Source: an uncultured Alphaproteobacteria bacterium (GTDB lineage: Bacteria; Pseudomonadota; Alphaproteobacteria; Rhizobiales; Xanthobacteraceae). Taken from it: DNA of 64,000 nucleotides. This document shows positions 10,990 to 20,697 of the stretch, one piece after another. The translations under genes and the position numbers were made by a program. Within the stretch, counting starts at the first letter, position 1, and every line of letters begins with the position of its first letter. The notes beneath the pieces are model-generated. The model was not told the DNA's origin. It did not search any database and saw nothing but the letters and a program-made list of their open reading frames with translations. Location: positions 31,131 through 95,130 of the forward strand of contig CAWHCK010000036.1 in NCBI GenBank assembly GCA_963827585.1. Direction: 5' to 3'.

Positions 10990-12396
10990 ATGGCCAAGCC
11001 GCGTACCCTCTACGACAAGATCTGGGACGACCATCTGGTTGATGAGCAGCCGGACGGCACCTGCCTCATCTATGTCGACCGCCATCTCGTGCACGAGGTG
11101 ACGAGCCCGCAGGCCTTCGAGGGTCTGCGCCTGTCCGGCCGCAAGGTGCGCGCGCCGGAGAAGACGCTCTGCGTCGTCGATCACAACGTGCCGACCACCG
11201 ACCGTAACTTGCCCAATCCCGATCCCGAAAGCGCCGCGCAGATCGCCTATCTCGCCGAGAATGCCAAGCTGTTCGGGCTCGAATATTTCGACGAGTTCGA
11301 CAAGCGCCAGGGCATCGTCCACATCATCGGGCCCGAGCAGGGCTTCACGCTGCCGGGCACGACGCTCGTTTGCGGCGACAGCCACACCGCGACCCATGGC
11401 GCCTTCGGGGCGCTCGCCTACGGCATCGGCACGTCCGAGGTCGAGCACGTGCTGGCGACGCAGACGCTGATCCAGACCAAGTCGAAGAACATGCGCGCGG
11501 TGGTCGATGGCAAGCTGCCGAGCGGGGTCACCGCCAAGGACATCATCCTCGCCATCATCGGCGAGATCGGGACCGCCGGCGGCACCGGCTACGCGCTCGA
11601 ATATGCCGGGGAGGCGATCCGGTCGCTGTCGATGGAAGGCCGCATGACCGTCTGCAACATGTCGGTCGAGGGCGGGGCCAAAGCCGGCTTCATCGCGCCC
11701 GACGAGAAGGCCTTCGCGTATCTCAAGGACCGGCCGCGGGCACCCAGGGGCAAGCTCTGGGACGCGGCCATGCGTTATTGGGAGACGCTGCGCTCCGACG
11801 ACGGCGCGCATTTCGACCGCGAGATCAGGCTCGACGCCGCGAAGCTTCCGCCGCTCGTGACCTGGGGCACCAGTCCGGAGCAGGTGGTCTCGGTGACCGG
11901 GCACGTGCCGCAGCCGCAGGATATCGCCGACGAGAACAAGCGCCGCGCCGCCGTGACCTCGCTCGATTACATGGGCCTCAAGGGCGGCGAGAAGATCACC
12001 GACATCGCGCTCGATCGCGTGTTCATCGGCTCCTGCACCAATGCCCGCATCGAGGATTTGCGCGCGGTGGCGCGGGTGGTCGACGGCAAGCAGGTCAACG
12101 CCAACGTCAACGCCATGATCGTGCCGGGCTCCGGGCTGGTGAAGGAGCAGGCCGAGGCGGAAGGATTGCACAAGATTTTCGTCAAGGCCGGTTTCGAATG
12201 GCGCGAGCCCGGGTGTTCCATGTGCCTCGCCATGAACCCCGACAAGCTCGCCCCGGGCGAGCGCTGCGCCTCGACCTCGAACCGTAATTTCGAGGGCCGC
12301 CAGGGCTACAAGGGCCGCACCCACCTGGTGTCGCCGGCGATGGCCGCGGCGGCGGCGATCGCCGGACATTTCGTCGACGTGCGGGAGTGGAAGTAA
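10990..12396 (+). CDS. leuC: 3-isopropylmalate dehydratase large subunit
   Basis: [17 protein letters not shown]...[15 protein letters not shown]...GDSHT...NRNFEGRQG. Confidence 0.95.
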   Translation: MAKPRTLYDKIWDDHLVDEQPDGTCLIYVDRHLVHEVTSPQAFEGLRLSGRKVRAPEKTLCVVDHNVPTTDRNLPNPDPESAAQIAYLAENAKLFGLEYFDEFDKRQGIVHIIGPEQGFTLPGTTLVCGDSHTATHGAFGALAYGIGTSEVEHVLATQTLIQTKSKNMRAVVDGKLPSGVTAKDIILAIIGEIGTAGGTGYALEYAGEAIRSLSMEGRMTVCNMSVEGGAKAGFIAPDEKAFAYLKDRPRAPRGKLWDAAMRYWETLRSDDGAHFDREIRLDAAKLPPLVTWGTSPEQVVSVTGHVPQPQDIADENKRRAAVTSLDYMGLKGGEKITDIALDRVFIGSCTNARIEDLRAVARVVDGKQVNANVNAMIVPGSGLVKEQAEAEGLHKIFVKAGFEWREPGCSMCLAMNPDKLAPGERCASTSNRNFEGRQGYKGRTHLVSPAMAAAAAIAGHFVDVREWK

Positions 12397-12421
12397 CGCG
12401 GGCCCGCGCGCGCAGCGCGCT

Positions 12422-12492
12422 CTAAGTGGCCAAGGCATCCTAAGGTGGCCTTCCCCGAAGATGGCCACCTTAGGCGATCATGGCCACCTTAG
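12422..12492. repeat. Cluster of four GGCCACCTTAG-type motifs, including a perfect 12-bp hairpin; probable bidirectional terminator between convergent genes
   Basis: cctaaggtggcc (12439-12450) pairs with ggccaccttagg (12463-12474). A further direct copy lies at 12482-12492 and an imperfect inverted copy at 12422-12431. Confidence 0.6.
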
Positions 12493-14125
12493 CGCCGCGC
12501 TTCATCGTCGGTCGCCGCGTTCGGCTACTCCCGGGACCAGCATGAGGCGGGTGTCCGGCAGGGGACCGAGCCCGGCGAGCACCGCTCCGAGCCGTGTCGC
12601 GTCGCTGCGGAGCGCCACGATCCGCAGCGGAACGTTGCGGTAGGAGAAGTTTCCAGCCGTCGAATTCCATCACGATCGCGGGGCGCGCCAGCAGTTCGCC
12701 ATAGGCGCGGGCAAGCGCGCGGACACGCTCGCTCTGGCGCGGGAAGGCGCCGGCCTGGACGAAACGGTCGGCGGTCTCCTGCACCAGCACGACGTAGTCG
12801 GTGGCGCCGTCGATGGTGGTGAGCGGCGGATAATGTGCATAGCCCGGAAACGTGGCGTACCAGTCGACGGCATCGCGGCCGTCGAGCGCAGCTCTCACCC
12901 GTTCGACTACGCTGCGCGTGTCGTTCGGTGCAGAATGGGCGATGACGATGGTGGAGACGGCAGCCGGCGCGGCGACGATGGCCACGATGGCGGTCGCGAT
13001 CGCGGCCCGCCACGGTCGCGCCGCCGGACGGAACAGGCGGTCGACGAGATAGACCGCGAGGATGGCGAACAGGCCGCCCATCACCGTCATGTGACGCTCG
13101 ATCGCCATGAACGGCTTCATCGGCGAGAGCTCGTGCATCAAATACCACGGTAGCGCAAACACGAGCACGAGGCGGATCGCCGGCGGGCTCGAGCGCCAAT
13201 CGGCCACGACCAGAAGCGCGCCGGCGAGGCCGGCCAGCGCCAGCGTCGGTCCGAGCCCGGGCCACAAGCTCGTCGTCCAATGAAACAGGAAATGCGAATA
13301 CCAGCCGGGCCAGACGATGATGTGCTTCGTCACGGCGTGGGCGATCTCCGTGCCGAGCCCGTGCAGGAAGATGTCCGGCGTCAGAAACGCCGGCGCATTG
13401 ACGAGTGCGAAGACCGCAATCGCCGCTCCTGCAGACCACGCAAGCGCGGCGTAGTAGCGGCGCAACGCAGCGCCCGTGACCGGCGCGATCAGCGGCAGCA
13501 GGCACGCCACCGGCAGCAGCACGGCGCCGACATACTTCGCCGAAGCGGCAAGCCCGGCCGTGATCCCGAACAGCAGCGCCCGTCGCACCTCCACGCTGTC
13601 ACGCAAGCGGTCGAGCGCGGCGAGCCCGAACAAGAGCCACGGCGCGAGGAAGATGTCTTCTTTCAAGAGCTGGGCGTGGAACGCGACCAGCGGCGTCACC
13701 GCGGCGATGAGCCCGGCGGCGAGAGCAAGCCCGCGTCCCACAACGCGGCGTGCGAGCACGATCGTCGCCAGCACCGTCAAGCCGCCGAACACTGCGGCGA
13801 CGGTGCGTCCGAGTTCGACCACCGCGAGTTGGTCGCTGTATCGCGCGACGAGGTTGACCAGGCGGACGGTCTGCAGGAGCAGCAGCGGCTGCAGGAAATC
13901 CTGCTGGCCGTCGAGCACGAAATTCGCTTTCTTGGGCTCGTCGGATTGCGGAGCGAGCGGCAGGTCGGGGATGGCGTCGTAGGCGAGGGCGGCCAGCATC
14001 GCGAGCGCACCGGCCGTGCACCCGTATGCAATCGTCGCCCGGCGCGGCATTCGATCAGGCGTGGCGCAACGGGCAGCGCTTTCGGCGAACGCATATTCCA
14101 TTGGCGCAGGACCGTCCGCCGTCAT
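12470..14125 (-). CDS. Glycosyltransferase family 39 / ArnT-PMT-like polytopic membrane protein; the 3' end is probably frameshifted near 12650-12652
   Basis: Many TM segments and an extracytoplasmic C-terminal domain. The tail after ...VMEFDGW is Arg/Ala-rich. The alternative frame gives NFSYRNVPLRIVALRSDATRLGAVLAGLG..., ending at 12502-12504. The N-terminal start is uncertain. Confidence 0.6.
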   Translation of the reverse strand: MTADGPAPMEYAFAESAARCATPDRMPRRATIAYGCTAGALAMLAALAYDAIPDLPLAPQSDEPKKANFVLDGQQDFLQPLLLLQTVRLVNLVARYSDQLAVVELGRTVAAVFGGLTVLATIVLARRVVGRGLALAAGLIAAVTPLVAFHAQLLKEDIFLAPWLLFGLAALDRLRDSVEVRRALLFGITAGLAASAKYVGAVLLPVACLLPLIAPVTGAALRRYYAALAWSAGAAIAVFALVNAPAFLTPDIFLHGLGTEIAHAVTKHIIVWPGWYSHFLFHWTTSLWPGLGPTLALAGLAGALLVVADWRSSPPAIRLVLVFALPWYLMHELSPMKPFMAIERHMTVMGGLFAILAVYLVDRLFRPAARPWRAAIATAIVAIVAAPAAVSTIVIAHSAPNDTRSVVERVRAALDGRDAVDWYATFPGYAHYPPLTTIDGATDYVVLVQETADRFVQAGAFPRQSERVRALARAYGELLARPAIVMEFDGWKLLLPQRSAADRGAPQRRDTARSGARRARSPAGHPPHAGPGSSRTRRPTMKRGAKVAMIA

Positions 14126-14204
14126 TCCAGGCGTCGGGAAGCGGCGCTGCCGTTCGGGGCCGGAATGACATCGGAGCGTTGGCGCCCATCGAGTGGAATA
14201 TGTC

Positions 14205-14591
14205 TTAGCTCCCCGGCTGCCACCAGCAACGCATTTTCGGGACGATGACGGGGCCGCTCAGGCGATTTTCCGGCGCGAGCCAGGATGCGCATTCGCGCAC
14301 GAAGCCGGGACCCGGATACTCGTACTTGTACTGAACCGGAAAGTCGGTCGAATAGAGCCGGTAGGGATAACGTGGGGCCACCCGAATGCGCGTGCGCGCG
14401 CGGGCGGGTTCCACACGTGACTGCGACGAGAACTCGGTCGGGGCGTTGCTTGCCGTGCTAGGCGCCCCCTGTGCCGAAGCAGCGGATGCTGCGGCCGCGC
14501 CGAGCACGCCTGCACCTACCGCCGCCAGGACGACTGTCGCTGTCCGTGTCATCTTCGCTTTCGAGTTGCCAAGCTTCTTTCGAGCTGCCAA
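14205..14591 (-). CDS. Small secreted hypothetical protein
   Basis: Signal peptide MTRTATVVLAAVGAGVLGAAAASAASA (alternative start at 14552). Contains RIRVAPRYPYR and a C-terminal VPKMRCWW motif. Confidence 0.55.
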   Translation of the reverse strand: MAARKKLGNSKAKMTRTATVVLAAVGAGVLGAAAASAASAQGAPSTASNAPTEFSSQSRVEPARARTRIRVAPRYPYRLYSTDFPVQYKYEYPGPGFVRECASWLAPENRLSGPVIVPKMRCWWQPGS

Positions 14592-14714
14592 GCCATCCTA
14601 CGCTCGCCCATCGCAACGCGGCCGTCAACGCCTGCCCGGCCTGGCCGTCGCTCCGCCGGCATGACCAGCCGCCGATACCTTGGCCGCCTGCCCGCTCTCG
14701 CCTAGAACTAGGCC

Positions 14715-15143
14715 ATGGCCGATCCCGCATTTGCCGACCCGCTCGGGTGGCGCAGCGCCAAGGCACCATCGCTCGAGGAGCTCGAAGCGCTGGCCGAGAC
14801 CGCGTTTCGGCGCCTGCCGCAGAAATTCCGAGCGCTGTGCGAGGGTCTGGTCATCCGCGTGGACGATTTCCCGACCGAAGAGGTGCTGGACGAGCTTGGG
14901 GCGCAGAGCGAATTCGACCTGCTTGGCCTGTTCCAGGGTGTCGGCCTGCCGTTTCGCTCCGAAAGCGTGTCCGGACAGATGCCCAACATGATCTGGCTCT
15001 ACCGTCGGCCGATCCTCGACTATTGGGCCGAGCACGACGAGGCGCTGGGCGCGATCATCACCCACGTGCTGGTGCACGAGATCGGGCACCATTTCGGCCT
15101 CTCCGACGACGACATAGCGGCGATCGAGCAAGCGGCCGATTGA
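14715..15143 (+). CDS. Metallopeptidase-family protein (zincin-like, DUF1025-type)
   Basis: HEIGHHFG zinc motif near the C-terminus; 142 aa. Confidence 0.75.
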   Translation: MADPAFADPLGWRSAKAPSLEELEALAETAFRRLPQKFRALCEGLVIRVDDFPTEEVLDELGAQSEFDLLGLFQGVGLPFRSESVSGQMPNMIWLYRRPILDYWAEHDEALGAIITHVLVHEIGHHFGLSDDDIAAIEQAAD

Positions 15144-15237
15144 ACGCGACGCTCAGCGCTGCCTGCATGGCCCGCACTTGACAAACGCCGGCGGCGCCGT
15201 GAAACAGAGCCATTCCAATGTGACCCGAGTGAAGCGC

Positions 15238-15843
15238 ATGGACAAGTTCACCACGCTCGAAGGCGTCGCGGCGCCGCTCAAGATGATCAATGTCGACACC
15301 GACATGATCATCCCCAAGCAATATCTCAAGACCATCAAGCGCACCGGGCTGGGCACCGGCCTGTTCGCGGAGAAGCGCTTTCGCGACGACGGCAGCGAGA
15401 ACCCCGATTTCGTGCTCAACAAGCCGGCCTATCGCAAAGCCAGGATTCTGGTCGCCGGCGACAATTTCGGCTGCGGCTCCTCGCGCGAGCACGCGCCGTG
15501 GGCGCTGATGGATTTCGGCATTCGCTGCGTGATCTCGACCTCGTTCGGCGACATCTTCTACAACAACTGCTTCAAGAACGGCGTGCTGCCGATCAAGGTA
15601 TCGCCGGACGATTTGGAGAAGCTGTTCGACGATGCCGAGCGCGGCGCCAATGCGACGCTCTCGATCGACCTGGAGAAGCAGGAGATCAGGGGTCCCGACG
15701 GCGGCGTGGTGAAGTTCGACATCGATCCGCACCGCAAGCACTGCCTGCTCAACGGGCTGGACGATATCGGGCTCACCATGGTCAAGAAGGACAAGATCGA
15801 GCGCTTCGAGGAGAAGTCGAAAGCCGCGCGCGCCTGGGCGTAG
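15238..15843 (+). CDS. leuD: 3-isopropylmalate dehydratase small subunit
   Basis: [14 protein letters not shown]...[11 protein letters not shown]...[17 protein letters not shown]. Confidence 0.95.
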   Translation: MDKFTTLEGVAAPLKMINVDTDMIIPKQYLKTIKRTGLGTGLFAEKRFRDDGSENPDFVLNKPAYRKARILVAGDNFGCGSSREHAPWALMDFGIRCVISTSFGDIFYNNCFKNGVLPIKVSPDDLEKLFDDAERGANATLSIDLEKQEIRGPDGGVVKFDIDPHRKHCLLNGLDDIGLTMVKKDKIERFEEKSKAARAWA

Positions 15844-15844
15844 C

Positions 15845-15990
15845 CCGCGTTAAGGGCGTTTACGCCCGTCTTCGCGGGCTATGAAGCGAAGCGCAATGCG
15901 GGGCAGTTCCGCCACGCGGCACGAATCCCGGATTGCGCCATAGCGCGTCGAAGACGCGCGTTAACGCGCTTAAGGCTCCATCCGGGCTAC
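15845..15990. repeat. REP-like composite element: inverted pair of roughly 30-bp hairpin-forming units
   Basis: Unit at about 15849-15877 (cgcgttaagggcgtttacgcccgtcttcgcg) and an inverted, roughly 85% similar unit at about 15946-15977. Several internal GC stems. Confidence 0.55.
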
Positions 15991-15994
15991 GGAC

Positions 15995-16315
15995 TCACGC
16001 CGCCTCGACGTGGGCGACCTGGTAGAGGCATGGTTCCGCCTCCTTGATGAGCTCGCCGAAGCGCGGCCATTTCTTGCGGAATTCCGGTGAGTGATGGGCC
16101 GCGGCGAGCTTCTCGCGATTGCTCCATTGCACGTAGTTGATGACGTGGCTGCCGTCTTCGCTGCGGTGCAGGCTGACCGAGATGAAGCCGGGCTGAGTCG
16201 CCATGAAGCGGGCGCGCTCGGTCATCAGCTCGAGCACTTCGGATTGATTGTCCAGCGGGACCTTGACGGTCGTGATCTGGGTCACGATGTCGTTGTTTTC
16301 GGTGATTTCGGGCAT
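15995..16315 (-). CDS. Antibiotic-biosynthesis-monooxygenase (ABM) domain protein
   Basis: About 106 aa with an ABM-like pattern (ITTVKV...FMATQPGFISVSLHRSEDGSHVINYVQW). Confidence 0.65.
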   Translation of the reverse strand: MPEITENNDIVTQITTVKVPLDNQSEVLELMTERARFMATQPGFISVSLHRSEDGSHVINYVQWSNREKLAAAHHSPEFRKKWPRFGELIKEAEPCLYQVAHVEAA

Positions 16316-16388
16316 AGGCGTGCTCCTGTTGTCCAACAGGACAACGCACATGCCACGGAGCAGGTTCGACGAGCCTTATGCTCCGCGA

Positions 16389-17180
16389 TCAATCCGGCAC
16401 CGACGGCTGCCAGGAACCCGCCGGCGCGACATCGAGGCCGACGATCCCGCTGTTGACGAGTGCGTTTTGCAGGAAGCCCGAGGCGCGCACCTCGTCGATG
16501 AAGCGATTGACGGCGGTCAGAGCCTCCGGCCTGCCCCTGGGCACGATGATCGTCTGCGGCACCCCGAAGAGGCTGTCCGGCAGAAGCCGTGCGCCAGGCG
16601 CGTCGGCCATCAGCGTCGTCAGGCGTTGCCGATTGGCGCCGAAGGCGTCGATCTCCCGCGCCGCCAGCATGCGCTTGATCTCGGTCGGATTGTTCTCGAC
16701 TTCGAGCAGCGTCGCATGCTTCAGCTTGCGCTTGAGGTAGAGCGTAATGGAATCGTTCCTGGTGCCGGCGATCTTCTGCCCGGCGCGGTCGATGTCGGCG
16801 ATGGCGCGGATCGGTGAGCCGTCGAGCACGAGAAAGCTCTGCCGCACCAGCATGTAGGTCTGGGAGAACTCGACCGTGCCGGCGCGCGAGGGCTCGTAGG
16901 CGACAAAGCCGATATCGGCGGCGCCGGCGCTGACGGCGTCGATCACCCCCTGCGGATTGGCGGCCGGCTTGAGCTCGAGCGGCATGGCGATGCGCTTGGC
17001 GAGCTCCCGCGCAAGATCGGCCGACGCACCGCGAATGGCGCCGGTTGCGCGATCCTGCACGGCTTGCGCCGGGTTGCTGCCGAGATAGACCGCGCGCAGG
17101 GTGCCGCCGGGCGCAATGTCGTTGGCGGATGCCGGCAAGGCAAACCAACAAATCACGGCGGCAATTGCGAGCTGGCGCAT
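16389..17180 (-). CDS. Periplasmic substrate-binding protein (family 3, amino-acid/polar solute type)
   Basis: Signal peptide MRQLAIAAVICWFALPASA; PBP type-2 pattern. No adjacent permease or ATPase genes. Confidence 0.7.
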   Translation of the reverse strand: MRQLAIAAVICWFALPASANDIAPGGTLRAVYLGSNPAQAVQDRATGAIRGASADLARELAKRIAMPLELKPAANPQGVIDAVSAGAADIGFVAYEPSRAGTVEFSQTYMLVRQSFLVLDGSPIRAIADIDRAGQKIAGTRNDSITLYLKRKLKHATLLEVENNPTEIKRMLAAREIDAFGANRQRLTTLMADAPGARLLPDSLFGVPQTIIVPRGRPEALTAVNRFIDEVRASGFLQNALVNSGIVGLDVAPAGSWQPSVPD

Positions 17181-17225
17181 GACGTTTCCTCATGCCGGGG
17201 AAAGCCCGGCGCTGGCACGAATGTT

Positions 17226-18125
17226 TCAGCCGGCCGGCTGCGCCGCGAGGCTGCGCGCCTCGATCGCCTGCGCGATCGCAACCGTGCGGCGCGCCATGTC
17301 GGCATGCAGCCGCTCGACCATACGGCCGTCGAGCTGAACCACGCCCTTGTCCTTGTTCTCCGGCAGATCGAAGGCGGCGATGATCTTCTTGGCCTGCGCG
17401 ACTTCGTCCGGGCTCGGCGAGAACGCCGCGTTGCAAGGCTCGATCTGGTTCGGATGGATGAGCGTCTTGCCGTCGAAGCCCATGTCGCGCGCCTCGCCGC
17501 ATTCGCGCGCGAAACCTTCGGCGTTGCCGAGGTCGTTGTAGACGCCGTCGAGAATGTCGACCCCATGGGTGCGGGCTGCCGCCACGCACGTCATGAGCCA
17601 CGGCACCATTGGCGCGCGGCCGGGTACGATGCGGGCACGCGTCTCCTTGGCGAGATCGTTGGTGCCCATCACGAACGCGGCGAGCCGCGATTCCGAATCG
17701 TCTGCTTCGGCTGCGAGCGCAAGAATGTTGAAAATCGCCAGCGGCGTCTCGATCATCGCCCAGACCCGCGTGCGGTGGTTGGTATGCAGGTCGAACAGCC
17801 GCTGACCGATCCCTTCGAGCTGCTGCGGGGTCGATATCTTCGGAACCAGGATCGCGTCGGGTGCGGCGCGTGCGGCAGCAGTTATGTCGTCGACGTGCCA
17901 AGGCGTGTCGAGGCCATTGACGCGCACGATGACCTCGCGCGCGCCGAACCCGCCCGCGGTCACCGCCTCGACGACCTGCTTGCGTGCCGCTGCCTTGGCG
18001 TCGGGCGCAACCGAATCTTCGAGGTCGAGGATGACGGCATCGGCCGGCAAGGTGCGCGCCTTCTCGATCGCGCGGGCGTTGGACCCCGGCATGTAGAGCA
18101 CGCTCCGGCGCGGTCGGATGGTCAT
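17226..18125 (-). CDS. HpcH/HpaI-CitE family enzyme, closest in my memory to (3S)-malyl-CoA thioesterase (Mcl2)
   Basis: RSVLYMPGSNARAIEKA...DLEDSVAPDAK...MIET...GTNDLAKE...GFDGKTLIHPNQI. Confidence 0.75.
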   Translation of the reverse strand: MTIRPRRSVLYMPGSNARAIEKARTLPADAVILDLEDSVAPDAKAAARKQVVEAVTAGGFGAREVIVRVNGLDTPWHVDDITAAARAAPDAILVPKISTPQQLEGIGQRLFDLHTNHRTRVWAMIETPLAIFNILALAAEADDSESRLAAFVMGTNDLAKETRARIVPGRAPMVPWLMTCVAAARTHGVDILDGVYNDLGNAEGFARECGEARDMGFDGKTLIHPNQIEPCNAAFSPSPDEVAQAKKIIAAFDLPENKDKGVVQLDGRMVERLHADMARRTVAIAQAIEARSLAAQPAG

Positions 18126-18192
18126 GATGCTCCCCGTGTTGACCTGGCCCCAGCCTATCGCCCGAATGGCGGGGATGTCACTCTCTCGCCGC

Positions 18193-18936
18193 ATGGGCAA
18201 AGACTTGGACGAGACCTTGCTCGTGGGTGTCGACGGCTGTCGGGCGGGCTGGATCGCCGCCTTCGCGCATCCGCACGGCGACGAGGTCGCGGTGCGCGTC
18301 GTGCCGCGCTTTGCCGACCTGCTCGGCGCGCCGCAGGCGCCCGCCATCGTCGCCGTCGACATCCCGATCGGGCTGCCGGAGCGCGCGGGCCACGGCGGGC
18401 GGGCGGCCGAGAATGCGGTGCGCCCGCTCCTCGGCGCTCGGCAATCCGCGGTGTTCTCGGTCCCGTCGCGGGCGGCGCTGGCGGCCGAGGATTATCGCGA
18501 GGCGTGCCGGATCGCGCTCGCCACGTCGGACCCGCCGCGCAAGATCTCGAAGCAGCTGTTCATGCTTGTGCCGAAGATCCGCGAGGTGGATGCGTGCCTG
18601 CGTGCCGATCCGGTGGCGCTCGCGCGGGTGTTCGAGGTCCATCCCGAGCTCGCATTCTGGCGGCTCAATGGAGCGCGGGCGCTGGCGGAGCCGAAGAAGG
18701 TCAAGGGCAAGTGCTACGAGCCGGGCCTGGCATTGCGCCGGCGGCTGCTGGTCGAGGTGGGCTTTCCCACGGACGTGGTCAACGCCGCGCCGCCCAGGGG
18801 CGCGGGCGCCGACGATCTTCTCGATGCGCTCGCCTGCGCCGCGATCGCGCGGCGCCTGCACGCCGGGCTCGCCCGGCCGTTCCCCGATCCCTACCAGCGC
18901 GACGCGTTTGGACTGCCGATGGCGATCTGGGCGTGA
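18193..18936 (+). CDS. DUF429-domain protein
   Basis: LVGVDGCRAGW...VDIPIGLP...FEVHPELAF pattern. Start MGKDL is inferred. Confidence 0.6.
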   Translation: MGKDLDETLLVGVDGCRAGWIAAFAHPHGDEVAVRVVPRFADLLGAPQAPAIVAVDIPIGLPERAGHGGRAAENAVRPLLGARQSAVFSVPSRAALAAEDYREACRIALATSDPPRKISKQLFMLVPKIREVDACLRADPVALARVFEVHPELAFWRLNGARALAEPKKVKGKCYEPGLALRRRLLVEVGFPTDVVNAAPPRGAGADDLLDALACAAIARRLHAGLARPFPDPYQRDAFGLPMAIWA

Positions 18937-19111
18937 ATGCTCCCGTTTCCCGGACGAGCGCGCGTCAGCGCGCGAAGATCGGACCCAGGGCAACAAGGAC
19001 AACCCTTGACCGCAGTGAATACTGCGCTTCGCGAGTTCGCGCTAGGTCCCGGGTCTCGCTCCACTCGGGCTGAAGAAGCCCTCGCTGCACTCGCCCGGAC
19101 ACGCGACCGAG

Positions 19112-20146
19112 TCACGCCGCCTTGCGCTTGGCCTCGATGAGCTTGCGGTTGATCAGGCACTCGGCGATCTGGATGGCGTTGAGCGCCGCGCCCTTGCGCA
19201 GATTGTCGGACACGCACCACAGCACGAGGCCGTTCTCCACCGTGGGATCCTCGCGGATGCGGCTGACATAGGTCGCGTCCTCGCCGGCCGCCTCGTGAGG
19301 CGTGACGTAGCCGCCGGCCTCGCGCTTGTCGATGACGATGACGCCCGGCGCATTGCGCAGCACGTCGCGCGCCTCATCCGCGGTGATCGGGTTGGCGAAC
19401 TCGATGTTCACCGCCTCTGAATGGCCGACGAAGACCGGTACGCGCACGCAGGTGGCGACCACCTTGATCTTGGGATCGAGGATTTTCTTGGTCTCGGCCA
19501 CCATCTTCCATTCTTCCCTGGTGAATCCGTCGTCCTGGAAGACGTCGATATGCGGGATGACGTTGAAGGCGATGCGCTTGGGGAACTTCTTCGGCGTGAT
19601 CTCGTCGAGCACATAGACCGACTTGGTCTGGGAGAACAGCTCATCCATCGCGTCCTTGCCGGCGCCCGAGACCGATTGATAGGTGGCGACTACGACGCGC
19701 GTGATCTTGGCCTTGTCGTGCAGCGGCTTGAGCGCGACCACGAGCTGCGCGGTCGAGCAGTTCGGATTGGCGATGATGCCCTTCCTGCGGAAGCCCGCGA
19801 CCGCGTCGGCGTTGACCTCCGGCACGACCAGGGGAACGTCGGCGTCGTAGCGCCAGCACGAGGAATTGTCGATGACGACGGCGCCGGCGGCCGCGATCTT
19901 CGGCGACCATTCCTTCGACACCGCCGAGCCCGCCGACATCAGGCAGATGTCGATGGCGGAGAAATCGTAATGCTCGAGCGCTTTGACCTTGAGCGTGTCG
20001 TCGCCGAAGCTGACCTCGCTGCCCTGGCTGCGGCGCGAGGCGAGCGCCACCACCTCGTCGGCGGGAAACGACCGCTCGGCCAGGATCCCCAGCATTTCGC
20101 GGCCCACATTGCCGGTGGCACCCACCACCGCGACCCGGTAACCCAT
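19112..20146 (-). CDS. asd: Aspartate-semialdehyde dehydrogenase
   Basis: MGYRVAVVGATGNVGREML...NPNCSTAQLV... Confidence 0.95.
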   Translation of the reverse strand: MGYRVAVVGATGNVGREMLGILAERSFPADEVVALASRRSQGSEVSFGDDTLKVKALEHYDFSAIDICLMSAGSAVSKEWSPKIAAAGAVVIDNSSCWRYDADVPLVVPEVNADAVAGFRRKGIIANPNCSTAQLVVALKPLHDKAKITRVVVATYQSVSGAGKDAMDELFSQTKSVYVLDEITPKKFPKRIAFNVIPHIDVFQDDGFTREEWKMVAETKKILDPKIKVVATCVRVPVFVGHSEAVNIEFANPITADEARDVLRNAPGVIVIDKREAGGYVTPHEAAGEDATYVSRIREDPTVENGLVLWCVSDNLRKGAALNAIQIAECLINRKLIEAKRKAA

Positions 20147-20278
20147 TGTCAACGCTCCGAAAGTTTTCGGCGACCGGCGCGGCGCGCACGGTGCAGGCGC
20201 TTCTAGGCGAGAACAACGCCGCTGACAACGCCGATTCGAGGGCAAGTGGCGCAGTTCAGCCCTGCACGACCTCGGCGT

Positions 20279-20629
20279 TCATTTCTGGAACGGGTTCTGC
20301 CACCCCCGCGCGGCGCGGGCGGGAAACGCCGCTTCGAGATAGTCGAGCATGACCTTACGGTCGCTGTCGCGCGGCTTCGGCATGCTGTGCCGCTGCGTCA
20401 TCCAGTCGAGGGTGTCGTCCCACTGCCGGCGCGTCTGGCCCTGCGCCGCGACGACCTTGAAGCCGTGACACGGCGTGCAGGCGTAGAAGGTGTCCTCGCG
20501 GCCGGGGCCGGCCGGGTACTCCTCCGGGCTCTCGTCACGCGGTGTGTAACCAGGCGTTTGCGCGGCCGCCGGCCCCGGCGCAAGAGCAACAAGGAGCAAG
20601 AGCCCGCAAAGAGTTCTACCGGCTGTCAT
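20279..20629 (-). CDS. sorB: Monoheme c-type cytochrome, SorB-like partner of sulfite dehydrogenase
   Basis: Signal peptide and a single CTPCH heme motif; lies directly downstream of the SorA-like gene. Confidence 0.65.
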   Translation of the reverse strand: MTAGRTLCGLLLLVALAPGPAAAQTPGYTPRDESPEEYPAGPGREDTFYACTPCHGFKVVAAQGQTRRQWDDTLDWMTQRHSMPKPRDSDRKVMLDYLEAAFPARAARGWQNPFQK

Positions 20630-20697
20630 TATCCGCCTCGGGTTCGTTGGCTGGCCGCCCCGAACTTGATCGGGCGGGTATGACAGCCCGTATTGAC

